Shown: positions 10,575 to 19,046 of the stretch, piece after piece | Layout of the letters: every line of letters begins with the position of its first letter | Numbering within the stretch: the first letter of the stretch is position 1 | The notes under the pieces: generated by a model | Told to the model about the DNA's origin: nothing | Seen by the model: the letters and a program-made list of their open reading frames with translations, nothing else | The model's database searches: none | Assembly: GCF_035603715.1 (NCBI RefSeq) | Contig: NZ_DATNJW010000263.1 | Coordinates: forward strand, 1-50,498 | Direction of reading: 5' to 3' | Origin: Mycobacterium sp. | Lineage (GTDB): Bacteria > Actinomycetota > Actinomycetes > Mycobacteriales > Mycobacteriaceae | DNA: 50,498 nt | Made by a program: the position numbers and the translations under genes

Positions 10575-10594
10575 CGTGCGCGTGCTTACGGCAT

Positions 10595-10628
10595 TGCTTA
10601 CGCTAGCCGCGCTTAGGAAACGCTGAGA
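10595..10628 (-). promoter_or_regulatory. Direct-repeat box (TCTCAG-cgttt-CCTAAG) upstream of the DUF347-response regulator operon
   Basis: Plus strand CTTAGG 10612-10617 and CTGAGA 10623-10628 (11-bp period). Candidate -10 is TAAGCA at 11 bp or TAGCGT at 6 bp. Likely autoregulatory site. Confidence 0.55.
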
Positions 10629-10719
10629 ATTACGCCTAGTTGGATTTACGGCGGATCAACACGAGAAAGCGGATCAAGACGAAAAACCTTGGCTGACTTT
10701 CATTTCCGCCAACGTTTCG

Positions 10720-11532
10720 TCAGGCGATGACGATGCAGCGAAGAGGGTATTCGAAGATGCTCTCGTAGTTCACGATCTGACACGTGACCCTCGTAGCACT
10801 CGGGAACTGGGCCCTGGTCTTATCGGCGATTATCCGGAGCGCATCCTCTGCGAACACCGCGTGGTGGTGGATGGCGGTGACCGTGTCGGCTTCGCTGCGT
10901 CGCTTATGCAGTTCCCGCACCGGCCCGCTGGCCGCGCACTCTCCCACGGTGAGCAGGTCGGTCACGGAACGACCGGCCACGGTCGTCAAATCCCCGGTCA
11001 CGGTGATTTCCAGGTCGCACACCTGATTGTGCGACGGATGCTCGCCGACGTTGTCCATGTCGTCACGGTCGAAGGCGATCGCGCTCTGCGCTTGGGGACA
11101 GGCCAGACAAACCTTGAAGGCCGCGCCCCAGGTCACCTCGGTCTGCTCTGCCGCTTCGATCCGGCAGATCTCCTCGATCGGCTTGAAGCCGCCGTCGTGC
11201 GACAACACGAGCGTGGCCCGCGCGTCCACCGACCAGGACGCGGCGGCGGGTACAGCGCCGCGCAGCCGTTCGAGGATGCCCTGTGCGTAGTCGAGCACGG
11301 TCGGCTGTGGACCCGGCCGATCGATGCATTCGATCAGCCTGGACATGTGCGCGCCACGTTGGTGGGCATATAACCCGACCGAGATGTCCATGACGACCAT
11401 CGCCGCACCGTCATGCTCGTCGATCGTCAAGATCCGCTTGACCCCGACGTGTCCAACCGAATGCACTGGAATAGAGATGTTCGGCGCTTCCGAATGCAGG
11501 TCCGGCAGCACACCAATATCCCTGTGGGCCAT
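10720..11532 (-). CDS. GTP cyclohydrolase FolE2/MptA family (type IB/IV, T-fold) protein
   Basis: Motifs LPDLH, VGHVGVK, RGAHMSRL, ACPQAQ, SHNQ, KRRSE, FAED and NYESI match the family pattern (PDxQ, GxHMSR, CPC, HNQ, KRxDE, FVED, ESIH). ATG at 11532 is preceded by purine-rich GGAAGA. Confidence 0.8.
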   Translation of the reverse strand: MAHRDIGVLPDLHSEAPNISIPVHSVGHVGVKRILTIDEHDGAAMVVMDISVGLYAHQRGAHMSRLIECIDRPGPQPTVLDYAQGILERLRGAVPAAASWSVDARATLVLSHDGGFKPIEEICRIEAAEQTEVTWGAAFKVCLACPQAQSAIAFDRDDMDNVGEHPSHNQVCDLEITVTGDLTTVAGRSVTDLLTVGECAASGPVRELHKRRSEADTVTAIHHHAVFAEDALRIIADKTRAQFPSATRVTCQIVNYESIFEYPLRCIVIA

Positions 11533-11785
11533 GCTCTTCCACCCTCTCCGGCTCGTAAACGTCAACAAAACTGTGAGTAACCAGACGTAGTACCGAGTTC
11601 GAGACGCACCCCCGGCGCTGAGGGTGCGTCGACTGAACATGTCACGAGCGTGATGGGGGATCGGTTCACCGTCAGACGGAGCGGTTGCCCTTTCGGACCG
11701 TCAGGCACGCAGCGCGGGCCTTGCCGAGGCCACCTTTGCTGTAGCCGGCAGAACGGATGTTTGCAGATCTATGGACGGGGTAATC

Positions 11786-11803
11786 GGTGCACAGATGTTC
11801 ACC
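11786..11803. promoter_or_regulatory. Imperfect palindrome GGTGCACAGATGTTCACC, candidate FabR/DesT-type TetR operator
   Basis: 18-bp dyad ~50 bp upstream of the desaturase operon; resembles the GTGNACA-NN-TGTNCAC pattern of unsaturated-fatty-acid regulators. Confidence 0.5.
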
Positions 11804-11850
11804 CAAATCGAATATCCCGTGTACCTAAACCGAGGCAATGGAGCCGCAGT

Positions 11851-12981
11851 ATGGATTTGAAGATGCGAAGCCTGACGCGATGGAGTGCTGCTCCCGCGAA
11901 GGACGTCGAAACCGCAGTATCACCGAAGGTCAACGTGTTGCGCGGGCTGGTGGCTCGCGCGACGACACCGCTACTGCCCGATGACTACCTCAAGTTGCTC
12001 AACCCGTTGTGGTCCGCGCGGGAACTGCGCGGGGTCGTGGTCGATGTCCATAAAGAGACTGAAGACTCGGCGACGGTGACGATCAAGCCGGGATGGGGAT
12101 TTTCCGGGGACTATCAGCCCGGCCAGTATCTGGGGATCGGACTTCGGGTCGACGGCCGCTGGCACTGGCGGTCGTACTCGCTCACGTCGATTCCGCGGCG
12201 CGACAAAAAACTGATCTCGATCACCGTGAAAGCAACTCCCGAGGGGTTCCTGTCGTCGCATCTGGTCAACGGCGTCGAGGCCGGCACCGTGGTTCGGCTG
12301 GCAACTCCGAAGGGTGATTTCGCACTTCCCGACCCGGCGCCGGCCAAGTTGTTGTTCGTGACAGCAGGCAGCGGCATCACCCCCGTCATCGCGATGCTGC
12401 GCTCGCTCAAGCAGCGTGGTGAGAGTCCCGACATCATCCACATCCATTCGGCGCCCGCCGCCGACGAGGTGATATTTCATGACGAGTTGCGTGCGCTGGA
12501 GCGCGCCGAATCCGGCTACCGGTTGCATCTGCAGCTGACCGCGGACATGGGCCACATCGACTTCGCCGAAATTGACGGAGTCGTTCCGGATTGGAGGGAG
12601 CGCTCCGCGTGGGCGTGCGGGCCGGCGGCCATGCTCGATACGGTCGAAAAGGTGTGGACGGACGCGGGCATCGCGGACGGCCTGCACATGGAGCGGTTCA
12701 CCATCGCCCGCACCGACAAAGGCGGCGAAGGCGGCACGGTCACCTTCGCCATCTCCGATAAGTCCATCGAACTCGACGGCGCCACGTCACTTTTGGAAGG
12801 TGGCGAGAAGCTCGGCATCCAGATGCCGTTCGGCTGCCGAATGGGCATCTGTCAATCCTGTGTACTGCCGCTGGAATCCGGCAATGTGCGGGACTTCCGG
12901 TCCGGCACCGAGCACGGCGCGGGCGACCGAATCCAGACCTGCATTTCCGCCGCTTCCGGCGACTGCACCATCAACATCTAG
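11851..12981 (+). CDS. NADPH:ferredoxin oxidoreductase partner of acyl-CoA desaturase (Rv3230c-like)
   Basis: [25 protein letters not shown] motif, AGSGITP, CGP and the 2Fe-2S motif [10 protein letters not shown]...TC. Confidence 0.92.
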   Translation: MDLKMRSLTRWSAAPAKDVETAVSPKVNVLRGLVARATTPLLPDDYLKLLNPLWSARELRGVVVDVHKETEDSATVTIKPGWGFSGDYQPGQYLGIGLRVDGRWHWRSYSLTSIPRRDKKLISITVKATPEGFLSSHLVNGVEAGTVVRLATPKGDFALPDPAPAKLLFVTAGSGITPVIAMLRSLKQRGESPDIIHIHSAPAADEVIFHDELRALERAESGYRLHLQLTADMGHIDFAEIDGVVPDWRERSAWACGPAAMLDTVEKVWTDAGIADGLHMERFTIARTDKGGEGGTVTFAISDKSIELDGATSLLEGGEKLGIQMPFGCRMGICQSCVLPLESGNVRDFRSGTEHGAGDRIQTCISAASGDCTINI

Positions 12982-12990
12982 GAGGGCCGC

Positions 12991-14229
12991 ATGGCAATCA
13001 CAGACATCAAACAGTACGCACACCTCACCGAGGCCGACGTCGATGAATTGGCCCGCGAACTGGACGCGATCAGAACCGACATCGAAGAGTCCAGGGGTGA
13101 ACGGGACGCCCGCTACGTGCGCAGGACCATCCAGTTGCAGCGCGCGTTGGCGGCGGGGGGCCGAGTCGCCTTGATGGCGAGCAGAAACAAGGTCGCCTGG
13201 GTCGCCGGTACCGCAATGCTCGCCGCGGCGAAGATTATCGAGAACATGGAACTCGGACATAACATCACCCACGGCCAGTGGGACTGGATGAATGATCCGG
13301 AGATTCACTCGACCGAATGGGAGTGGGACACCACCTCTCCGAGCGTGCAGTGGAAGAAATCGCACAACTTTGTGCATCACAAATACACCAACATCGTCGG
13401 GATGGACGACGACGTGGGCTACGGACTGCTTCGCGTCACCCGAGACCAACGCTGGGACAAGTGGAATATCGGCAACCCGGTCTACAACCTGCTGCTCGGA
13501 ACACTTTTCGAGTGGGGAGTTGCGTTGCACGGGGTGGAATTGTCGAAGGTCCGCAGGGGAGAGAAATCCAAGGACGAGGTCCGCAGGGACCTGCGCGTGA
13601 TCGGCAAGAAGGTCGGCAAACAGGTCGGCAAAGACTACCTGGTCTTCCCGGCCCTGTCGGGCCGGAACTGGAAGCACACCTTGGGTGCCAACGTGACGGC
13701 TAACCTCATCCGCAACTACTGGTCGTACATGGTCATCTTCTGCGGGCACTTCCCCGACGGCGCCGAGAAATTCACTGCCGAGGAATTCGAGGCGGAGACG
13801 CACCCGGAGTGGTACCTACGGCAGATGCTCGGGTCGGCGAACTTCAAGGCCGGGCCCATGATGGCTTTTATGAGCGGAAACCTGTGCTACCAGATCGAGC
13901 ACCACCTGTTTCCCGATCTGCCCAGCAACCGGTACGCCGAAATATCGGAGCGCATCACAGCGCTCTGCGACAAGTACGACCTTCCTTACACGACCGGATC
14001 CCTTGGGCACCAATATATGCAGACATTCTGGACGATTCTGAAGCTCTCGCTCCCGAACAAGTTGCTTCAAGCCAGCGCCGACGATTCACCAGAAACCCAC
14101 TCGGAGCTGAAGTTCCGAATTCGTGGTGGTGTTCGGGATAGCTTCGGTATCGATCCCGACACGGGCAGACGTCGCGGACTGCGGACAGCGTTACGCGAGC
14201 TGCGGGACGGGGACGTCGCGAAAGCGTAA
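12991..14229 (+). CDS. desA3: Membrane acyl-CoA (stearoyl-CoA 9-) desaturase, DesA3-like
   Basis: His boxes GHNITHGQWDW, HNFVHH and QIEHHLFP; MAITDIKQYAHLT N-terminus; paired with the Rv3230c-like reductase. Confidence 0.9.
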   Translation: MAITDIKQYAHLTEADVDELARELDAIRTDIEESRGERDARYVRRTIQLQRALAAGGRVALMASRNKVAWVAGTAMLAAAKIIENMELGHNITHGQWDWMNDPEIHSTEWEWDTTSPSVQWKKSHNFVHHKYTNIVGMDDDVGYGLLRVTRDQRWDKWNIGNPVYNLLLGTLFEWGVALHGVELSKVRRGEKSKDEVRRDLRVIGKKVGKQVGKDYLVFPALSGRNWKHTLGANVTANLIRNYWSYMVIFCGHFPDGAEKFTAEEFEAETHPEWYLRQMLGSANFKAGPMMAFMSGNLCYQIEHHLFPDLPSNRYAEISERITALCDKYDLPYTTGSLGHQYMQTFWTILKLSLPNKLLQASADDSPETHSELKFRIRGGVRDSFGIDPDTGRRRGLRTALRELRDGDVAKA

Positions 14230-14307
14230 GCACCCAGGACATGGCTCTTTTGTATGAAGTCGCCAGTAGGCTCCGCGTCCCTGTGCCTGCCCTCCTAGTC
14301 TTTGGGG

Positions 14308-16929
14308 ATGCAGATGCGGTGGCCGCTAGTTGGCCGCTCGGAGGAGATGCGGGCTATCCAGGCCGCCATCTCGGCTTCGGATGTATCAGGGATTGTTATT
14401 TACGGTGCGGCGGGCGTGGGGAAGAGCCGCATCGCCCGTGAGGCCTTGTCGGCTGCTGAGTCCCACGGGTGCGAAGGTCGGTTGGCGGTCGGCACATCCT
14501 CGGCACGTGCAATTCCGTTGGGTGTTTTGTCGGCGTGGGCGCCGTCGGGTGTCACCGATACCGTTCAGTTGCTGCGCGGGGTGATCGACCTGCTGACGGC
14601 CGCATCCCCGGACGCCGCGGTGGTGGTGGGTGTCGATGACGTGCATCTACTCGACGATTTGTCGTTATTCGTTGTGCACCAGATCGTGCAGCGCGGCGCG
14701 GCAAAAGTGGTTCTCACCGTTCGCGACGGCGAACCCATTCCCGCCGCGGTACAGGAGATATGGAAGGGCGGCCGGTTCGGTCGACTCGACCTGCAACCCC
14801 TGTCCGTCGACGAAACCAGCACGCTGCTGTCGGCGACCCTCGGCGGATCCGTGGATCCGGACGCCGCTCAGCGGCTATGGAACCTAACCCGCGGCAACGT
14901 TTTGTACCTTCGCACCATCGTTGACCAGGAGGTCGCGGACGGCCGGCTCGTGAAACAGCGCGGATTCTGGCGGTGGACGGGTGACCCGATGATGCCTCCC
15001 AGCTTGGTCGAGTTGATCGAATCGCGCATCGGAGCCCTGCCGACGTCGGTTAGTGATGTGGTCGACGCGCTAGCCGTCGGGGAGCCGATCGAACTGGCGG
15101 CCCTGAGGCGGATCACTGATCCGGCCGCGGTCGAGGAGGCCGAGACCCGCGGGCTGATCACGCTCGAGCCCGCGATTAGCGGTGTGGAGGTGCGGGTAGC
15201 GCACCCGCTCTACGGCGAGGTGCGCCGCAGGCGCGCGGCAGCCACCAAACTGCGGCGGCTACGCGGACTGGTTGCCGCCGAACTCGCCGCCGCCGACGAC
15301 CACGACGACATACAGGTCGTGGTGCGCCGCGCCACCTTGAGTATCGACTCCGATCTCACACCCGACGCCGACTTGCTCGTCAGCGCAGCACAGGGCGCCG
15401 TCTGGCTGGCGGATCTGCCGCTCGCCGCTCGACTCGCGGAAGCGGCAGCCCGCGCCGGCGGCGGGCCGGAACCGAATTTTGTTCGAGCGCATGCACTTTC
15501 GTGGCTGGGGCGTGGTGAGGAGGCCGACACGGTGCTCGCCGCGGCCGACAGCGACGCGTTGACGGACGAGGGCCACGCCAGATTGGCGTTTCTACGGGCC
15601 AGCAACATGCTCTGGGCGCTCGGCGACCCGGCGCGCGCGAAAGAAATCATCGACGAGGCGTCACGCACCACCCCTGCGCACGCGCGCAGCTATATCGACG
15701 CGTTCCTGACGGTGTATTGGTTTGCGATGGACCGGCCCGAGGAGGCGCGGCAAATGTCGGAAAGCCTCGCACTGGACGACCTACCGGCAGTCGTTGGCGC
15801 GGAGATAGCGTGGGTGCTCGCCACGATAGCCGCAGACGCTGGTCGTACCGCCGAAGCAGTGGCCGTCGCAGATGCGGGCTACGCCACTGCGACTCGCTCG
15901 TTTGATGCTCCACACATGAGGTTCAATATCGCTGATGCGCACATCAGCGCGCTGCTGTTGTCTGGGCGGATCGGTGACGCCGTTGAAGTGGCCGAACGGG
16001 TGCGCCGGCAGGCTGCCGATCTTCCGGGCGCCGCCCAGTTACTCGGCCGCGCCGTGGCTGGTCGGGCTGCGCTTGGGGCCGGCCGCCTGGATACCGCATG
16101 TGCGATGTTGGAACAGGGGGCGGAGGGATTGTCCGCCTCGCACGCGATCGGGTGGGGGTACCGCTATCACATCCCGCGCATGACCGCATTCGCCATGCGC
16201 GGTGCAACGGGCGAGGCGGCCGCCATGCTCGGCGTGCTGGACAAGCTGCTGCGTCCGTTCCGGTCACTCGACTACGAATGCAGCTTGGCCCGGGCGTGGG
16301 TCATCGCTAGTCAGGGCGCCGTCAGCGAGGCGATCACCGTTGTGCTGTCGGCGGCTGAAAGGGCCGCAGCCGCCGGGCAATTCGCGGCCGAAGTTCTCTG
16401 CCTGCAGACCGCCACCCAGTTCGGTGATCGCACCGGTGCACCCAGGTTGCGTGAGCTCGAGTCGATCGTCGAAGGGCCACGTGTGGGCCTGGCTGCCCGG
16501 TTCGCCGTCGCACTGCGCGACGGCCACGCTGCTGAATTGTCCTCGGTGTCAGAGGAATTCGAACGAATGGGTGATCTTGTCGCGGCGTTAGATGCGGCTG
16601 CCCACGCCGCCCTCACGTATCGCAGCCAAGACCTGCGGGGATCGGCGTTGACGTGCTCGGCGCGTGGCGATGCGCTGGCCGAACAGTGCGGCGGCGCTAG
16701 CACTCCGGCGTTACGCCAGGCCGCGAGGCCCTTGCCGCTGACCGACCGAGAAGTAGAGATCGTGATGATGATCGGTGAGGGGTTGTCCAACCGTGCGATG
16801 GCCGAGCGACTGACCGTTTCCGTGCGCACCGTCGAGAGCCACATCTACCGAGCGATGGCGAAGACGGGAACCACCAGCCGCGACGAACTCGCCGCGCTGA
16901 TACCCCGCCGCGACGCTCCAATGACGTGA
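14308..16929 (+). CDS. Large AAA-ATPase / LuxR-family transcriptional regulator
   Basis: WPLVGR, Walker A GAAGVGKS, Walker B VVGVDDVH, TRGNVLYL, C-terminal LuxR HTH LTDREVEI...GLSN..MAERLTVSVRTVESH. TAGTCT (14296-14301) 6 nt before the ATG suggests a leaderless transcript. Confidence 0.92.
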   Translation: MQMRWPLVGRSEEMRAIQAAISASDVSGIVIYGAAGVGKSRIAREALSAAESHGCEGRLAVGTSSARAIPLGVLSAWAPSGVTDTVQLLRGVIDLLTAASPDAAVVVGVDDVHLLDDLSLFVVHQIVQRGAAKVVLTVRDGEPIPAAVQEIWKGGRFGRLDLQPLSVDETSTLLSATLGGSVDPDAAQRLWNLTRGNVLYLRTIVDQEVADGRLVKQRGFWRWTGDPMMPPSLVELIESRIGALPTSVSDVVDALAVGEPIELAALRRITDPAAVEEAETRGLITLEPAISGVEVRVAHPLYGEVRRRRAAATKLRRLRGLVAAELAAADDHDDIQVVVRRATLSIDSDLTPDADLLVSAAQGAVWLADLPLAARLAEAAARAGGGPEPNFVRAHALSWLGRGEEADTVLAAADSDALTDEGHARLAFLRASNMLWALGDPARAKEIIDEASRTTPAHARSYIDAFLTVYWFAMDRPEEARQMSESLALDDLPAVVGAEIAWVLATIAADAGRTAEAVAVADAGYATATRSFDAPHMRFNIADAHISALLLSGRIGDAVEVAERVRRQAADLPGAAQLLGRAVAGRAALGAGRLDTACAMLEQGAEGLSASHAIGWGYRYHIPRMTAFAMRGATGEAAAMLGVLDKLLRPFRSLDYECSLARAWVIASQGAVSEAITVVLSAAERAAAAGQFAAEVLCLQTATQFGDRTGAPRLRELESIVEGPRVGLAARFAVALRDGHAAELSSVSEEFERMGDLVAALDAAAHAALTYRSQDLRGSALTCSARGDALAEQCGGASTPALRQAARPLPLTDREVEIVMMIGEGLSNRAMAERLTVSVRTVESHIYRAMAKTGTTSRDELAALIPRRDAPMT

Positions 16930-16980
16930 CCATCTCGCCTGCGCCACAGCCTTTCCGGAAGGCCTGCCGCGCCTGAGGAT

Positions 16981-17691
16981 TCAGGGCATCAGACCGGTCA
17001 GAATCTCACCCAGATCCGGGATCGTGCTGGTGCTCAGCGCGGTGCCGATGTCGGCCAGTCCGGAGGGATCGACCACTGTTCCGATGTCGGCTGTAGCGGC
17101 GGGATCGAATGCTGTGCCGATGTCGGCTAACGGGTTGAGGTCCAGCGCCGCCGATAAGGCGCTGGTGTCCATCGCCCCGGTCGCAGCCGCTGTCAAGGCG
17201 CTTGCCGGCTCGATGCCCAGAGCAGTCAAAAATTCCTCCCAGTAGCCCTGAAGAATCCCGACGAAACCTCCTACAAAGATTCCACCGAAAAGAATTATGG
17301 GACCGAAGAATTGTTCCCATTGTGGCCAGGAGGTGTCGAACAACGCCCCCAGTAGGGCCCACAAGTTGGTCAAGCCGGTGCTGTCCGCTGCGTCGGCGAG
17401 CGTCCCGCTGAAATCACCCAAGCTCGGCAGCACGCCGCTGAGTTCGCTGCTCAGCACTCCACCTTCGGGCGCCAGGACGTCAGTGACCGAGGCCAAAGCC
17501 GACCCGCCGGCTCCAGTCAAGGCGCTGAACCCCGCATCGATGGGATTGACCAGATCCACGATGGCCTCGGCAGCGGCAAGTTCGACCGGGCGCTGCTCGA
17601 TGTGTGGTGCGGTCGTCGGGGTGACATAGATCAGGCCGGCGCCGAGGACGGCAACACCGGCGGTGGCATAGGGACGAAGTGCCAGCTGCAT
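16981..17691 (-). CDS. Putative secreted/envelope protein of a mycobacterial family with RPYATAGVA N-terminus; acidic, Ala/Gly-rich, with C-terminal ADIGT repeats
   Basis: Signal-like N-terminus MQLALRPYATAGVAVLGAGLIYVTP; AAGGAG RBS 6 nt upstream; three 12-aa spaced (D/N)P...ADIGT repeats. Confidence 0.75.
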   Translation of the reverse strand: MQLALRPYATAGVAVLGAGLIYVTPTTAPHIEQRPVELAAAEAIVDLVNPIDAGFSALTGAGGSALASVTDVLAPEGGVLSSELSGVLPSLGDFSGTLADAADSTGLTNLWALLGALFDTSWPQWEQFFGPIILFGGIFVGGFVGILQGYWEEFLTALGIEPASALTAAATGAMDTSALSAALDLNPLADIGTAFDPAATADIGTVVDPSGLADIGTALSTSTIPDLGEILTGLMP

Positions 17692-17692
17692 G

Positions 17693-17828
17693 ATCATCTC
17701 CTTCGACGACGGCCAACGACTTCTCACCGATGGCTATCTCCGAAAGGAATCCTCGCCCGCGTGAGGCGCGACCAGCGCGGTAGTGCGCCACTGCAATCCC
17801 GGCCGTTGTCGGCTCGGGCTACTTAAGC
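17693..17828 (+). repeat. 136-bp direct repeat, copy 1 (promoter/5'UTR block)
   Basis: Aligns ungapped to 39323-39458 with 10 mismatches counted by eye. Confidence 0.95.
17749..17794 (-). promoter_or_regulatory. Cluster operator GCAGTG-gcgcac-TACCGC + 22 bp + GAGGAT (promoter of the secreted-protein gene)
   Basis: Palindromic site at 17777-17794; same geometry as four other promoters. Confidence 0.7.
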
Positions 17829-17897
17829 CACGGTTTTGAAGTCTCTAGACGTGCGGCGTCCTGCGTTCAGTAGTCCGGTCCGAAATCCGCGCGAGAA

Positions 17898-17943
17898 GCA
17901 GTGCCGTGCTACTGCGCTCGTCCGACAGAGTGCGCGCGACGAT
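17898..17943 (+). promoter_or_regulatory. Cluster operator GCAGTG-ccgtgc-TACTGC + 22 bp + GACGAT (promoter of the methyltransferase-PKS-NRPS operon)
   Basis: Site at 17898-17915 and hexamer at 17938-17943. Confidence 0.7.
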
Positions 17944-18026
17944 TCACGCAGCAGAACACGACCCGATCCCCGCTGGCTGTTCTTCGGCCAGCAGCGGCAC
18001 GGTCGGCAGAGGGCTAGGAGGGCAGC

Positions 18027-19046
18027 ATGGGGTTGGACGCTGTCGAAATGCATCAGGCGCTTCGGGAACTGGGACACTCCCCACGACGCCGGGCTTCCGC
18101 CGCTGCGCGGGTCGAAATCCAAACGAAGCGATCGACGTTGACTCTCGGTCCGCACGACAACGCGGAATTGGACGCGTTCGAACAGAACTACGGCGACAAT
18201 CCGCTGGCTGACCGCGACTCGGATCTCTATCGCCGGGAATTCGTGAAGAGTTTCGCCGAGAAGTGGGACGAATTGATCAATTGGGATGCTCGGACCAAGT
18301 CCGAGGGGTCCTTCTTCGTCGACGTCCTGCGCGCGAGGGGTAAGCAGAGCATCCTCGACACGGCCACCGGCACCGGCTTCCATTCCGTTCGTCTGACGCA
18401 GGCAGGTTTCGATGTCACCAGTGTCGACGGCTCGGCGGCCATGCTCGCCAAGGCGTTTGAGAACGGCCGGAAGCGCGGACTCATCCTCAAGACCGTCCAG
18501 TCCGATTGGCGCGAGCTGAACCGGAACATCCATGGCACGTATGACGCCATAATCTGCCTGGGCAACTCGTTCACCCACTTACACGACGAGCAGGGTCGCC
18601 GTAAGACTTTGGCCGAGTTCTACGCGGCCCTGCGCCACGACGGAATCCTGATCCTCGACCAACGAAATTATGACGCGATGCTCGACCACGGCTTCACGTC
18701 GACGCACAAGTACTACTACTGCGGTGACCAGGTCACGGCGGAGCCGGAGCATCTGGATGACGGCTTGGCACGCTTCAAATACACCTTCACCGACGGCTGC
18801 AAATACACGCTAAACATGTTCCCGTTGCGGAAGAACTACGTGCAGCGATTGCTACGTGAAGCAGGTTTCGAGCGCGTATGCACATACGGCGACTTCCAAA
18901 AGACGTACCGGGAAAACGAGTCGGAATTCTTCGTCCACGTTGCGGAGAAGTCCGTGCCGATCGCCTTAGATGCGGCCGTACCGGATTGCCTCGACCGGTC
19001 GCGACCATGCGGGACGTACGAAAGTGTGCAGACAAATGGCCACTGA
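18027..19046 (+). CDS. Glycine/sarcosine N-methyltransferase-like SAM-dependent methyltransferase
   Basis: [47 protein letters not shown] and YYYCG motifs are characteristic of betaine-pathway GSMT enzymes. Start uncertain (18027 or TTG 18138). Confidence 0.85.
   Translation: MGLDAVEMHQALRELGHSPRRRASAAARVEIQTKRSTLTLGPHDNAELDAFEQNYGDNPLADRDSDLYRREFVKSFAEKWDELINWDARTKSEGSFFVDVLRARGKQSILDTATGTGFHSVRLTQAGFDVTSVDGSAAMLAKAFENGRKRGLILKTVQSDWRELNRNIHGTYDAIICLGNSFTHLHDEQGRRKTLAEFYAALRHDGILILDQRNYDAMLDHGFTSTHKYYYCGDQVTAEPEHLDDGLARFKYTFTDGCKYTLNMFPLRKNYVQRLLREAGFERVCTYGDFQKTYRENESEFFVHVAEKSVPIALDAAVPDCLDRSRPCGTYESVQTNGH

Noticed and set aside
16930-16980. Possible terminator between the convergent LuxR and secreted-protein genes
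   Set aside because: Only a short imperfect GC stem with no U-tract; too weak to call.
18027-19046. Glycine betaine osmoprotectant pathway
   Set aside because: No second methyltransferase or betaine transporter nearby; the gene overlaps the PKS start and shares its promoter.
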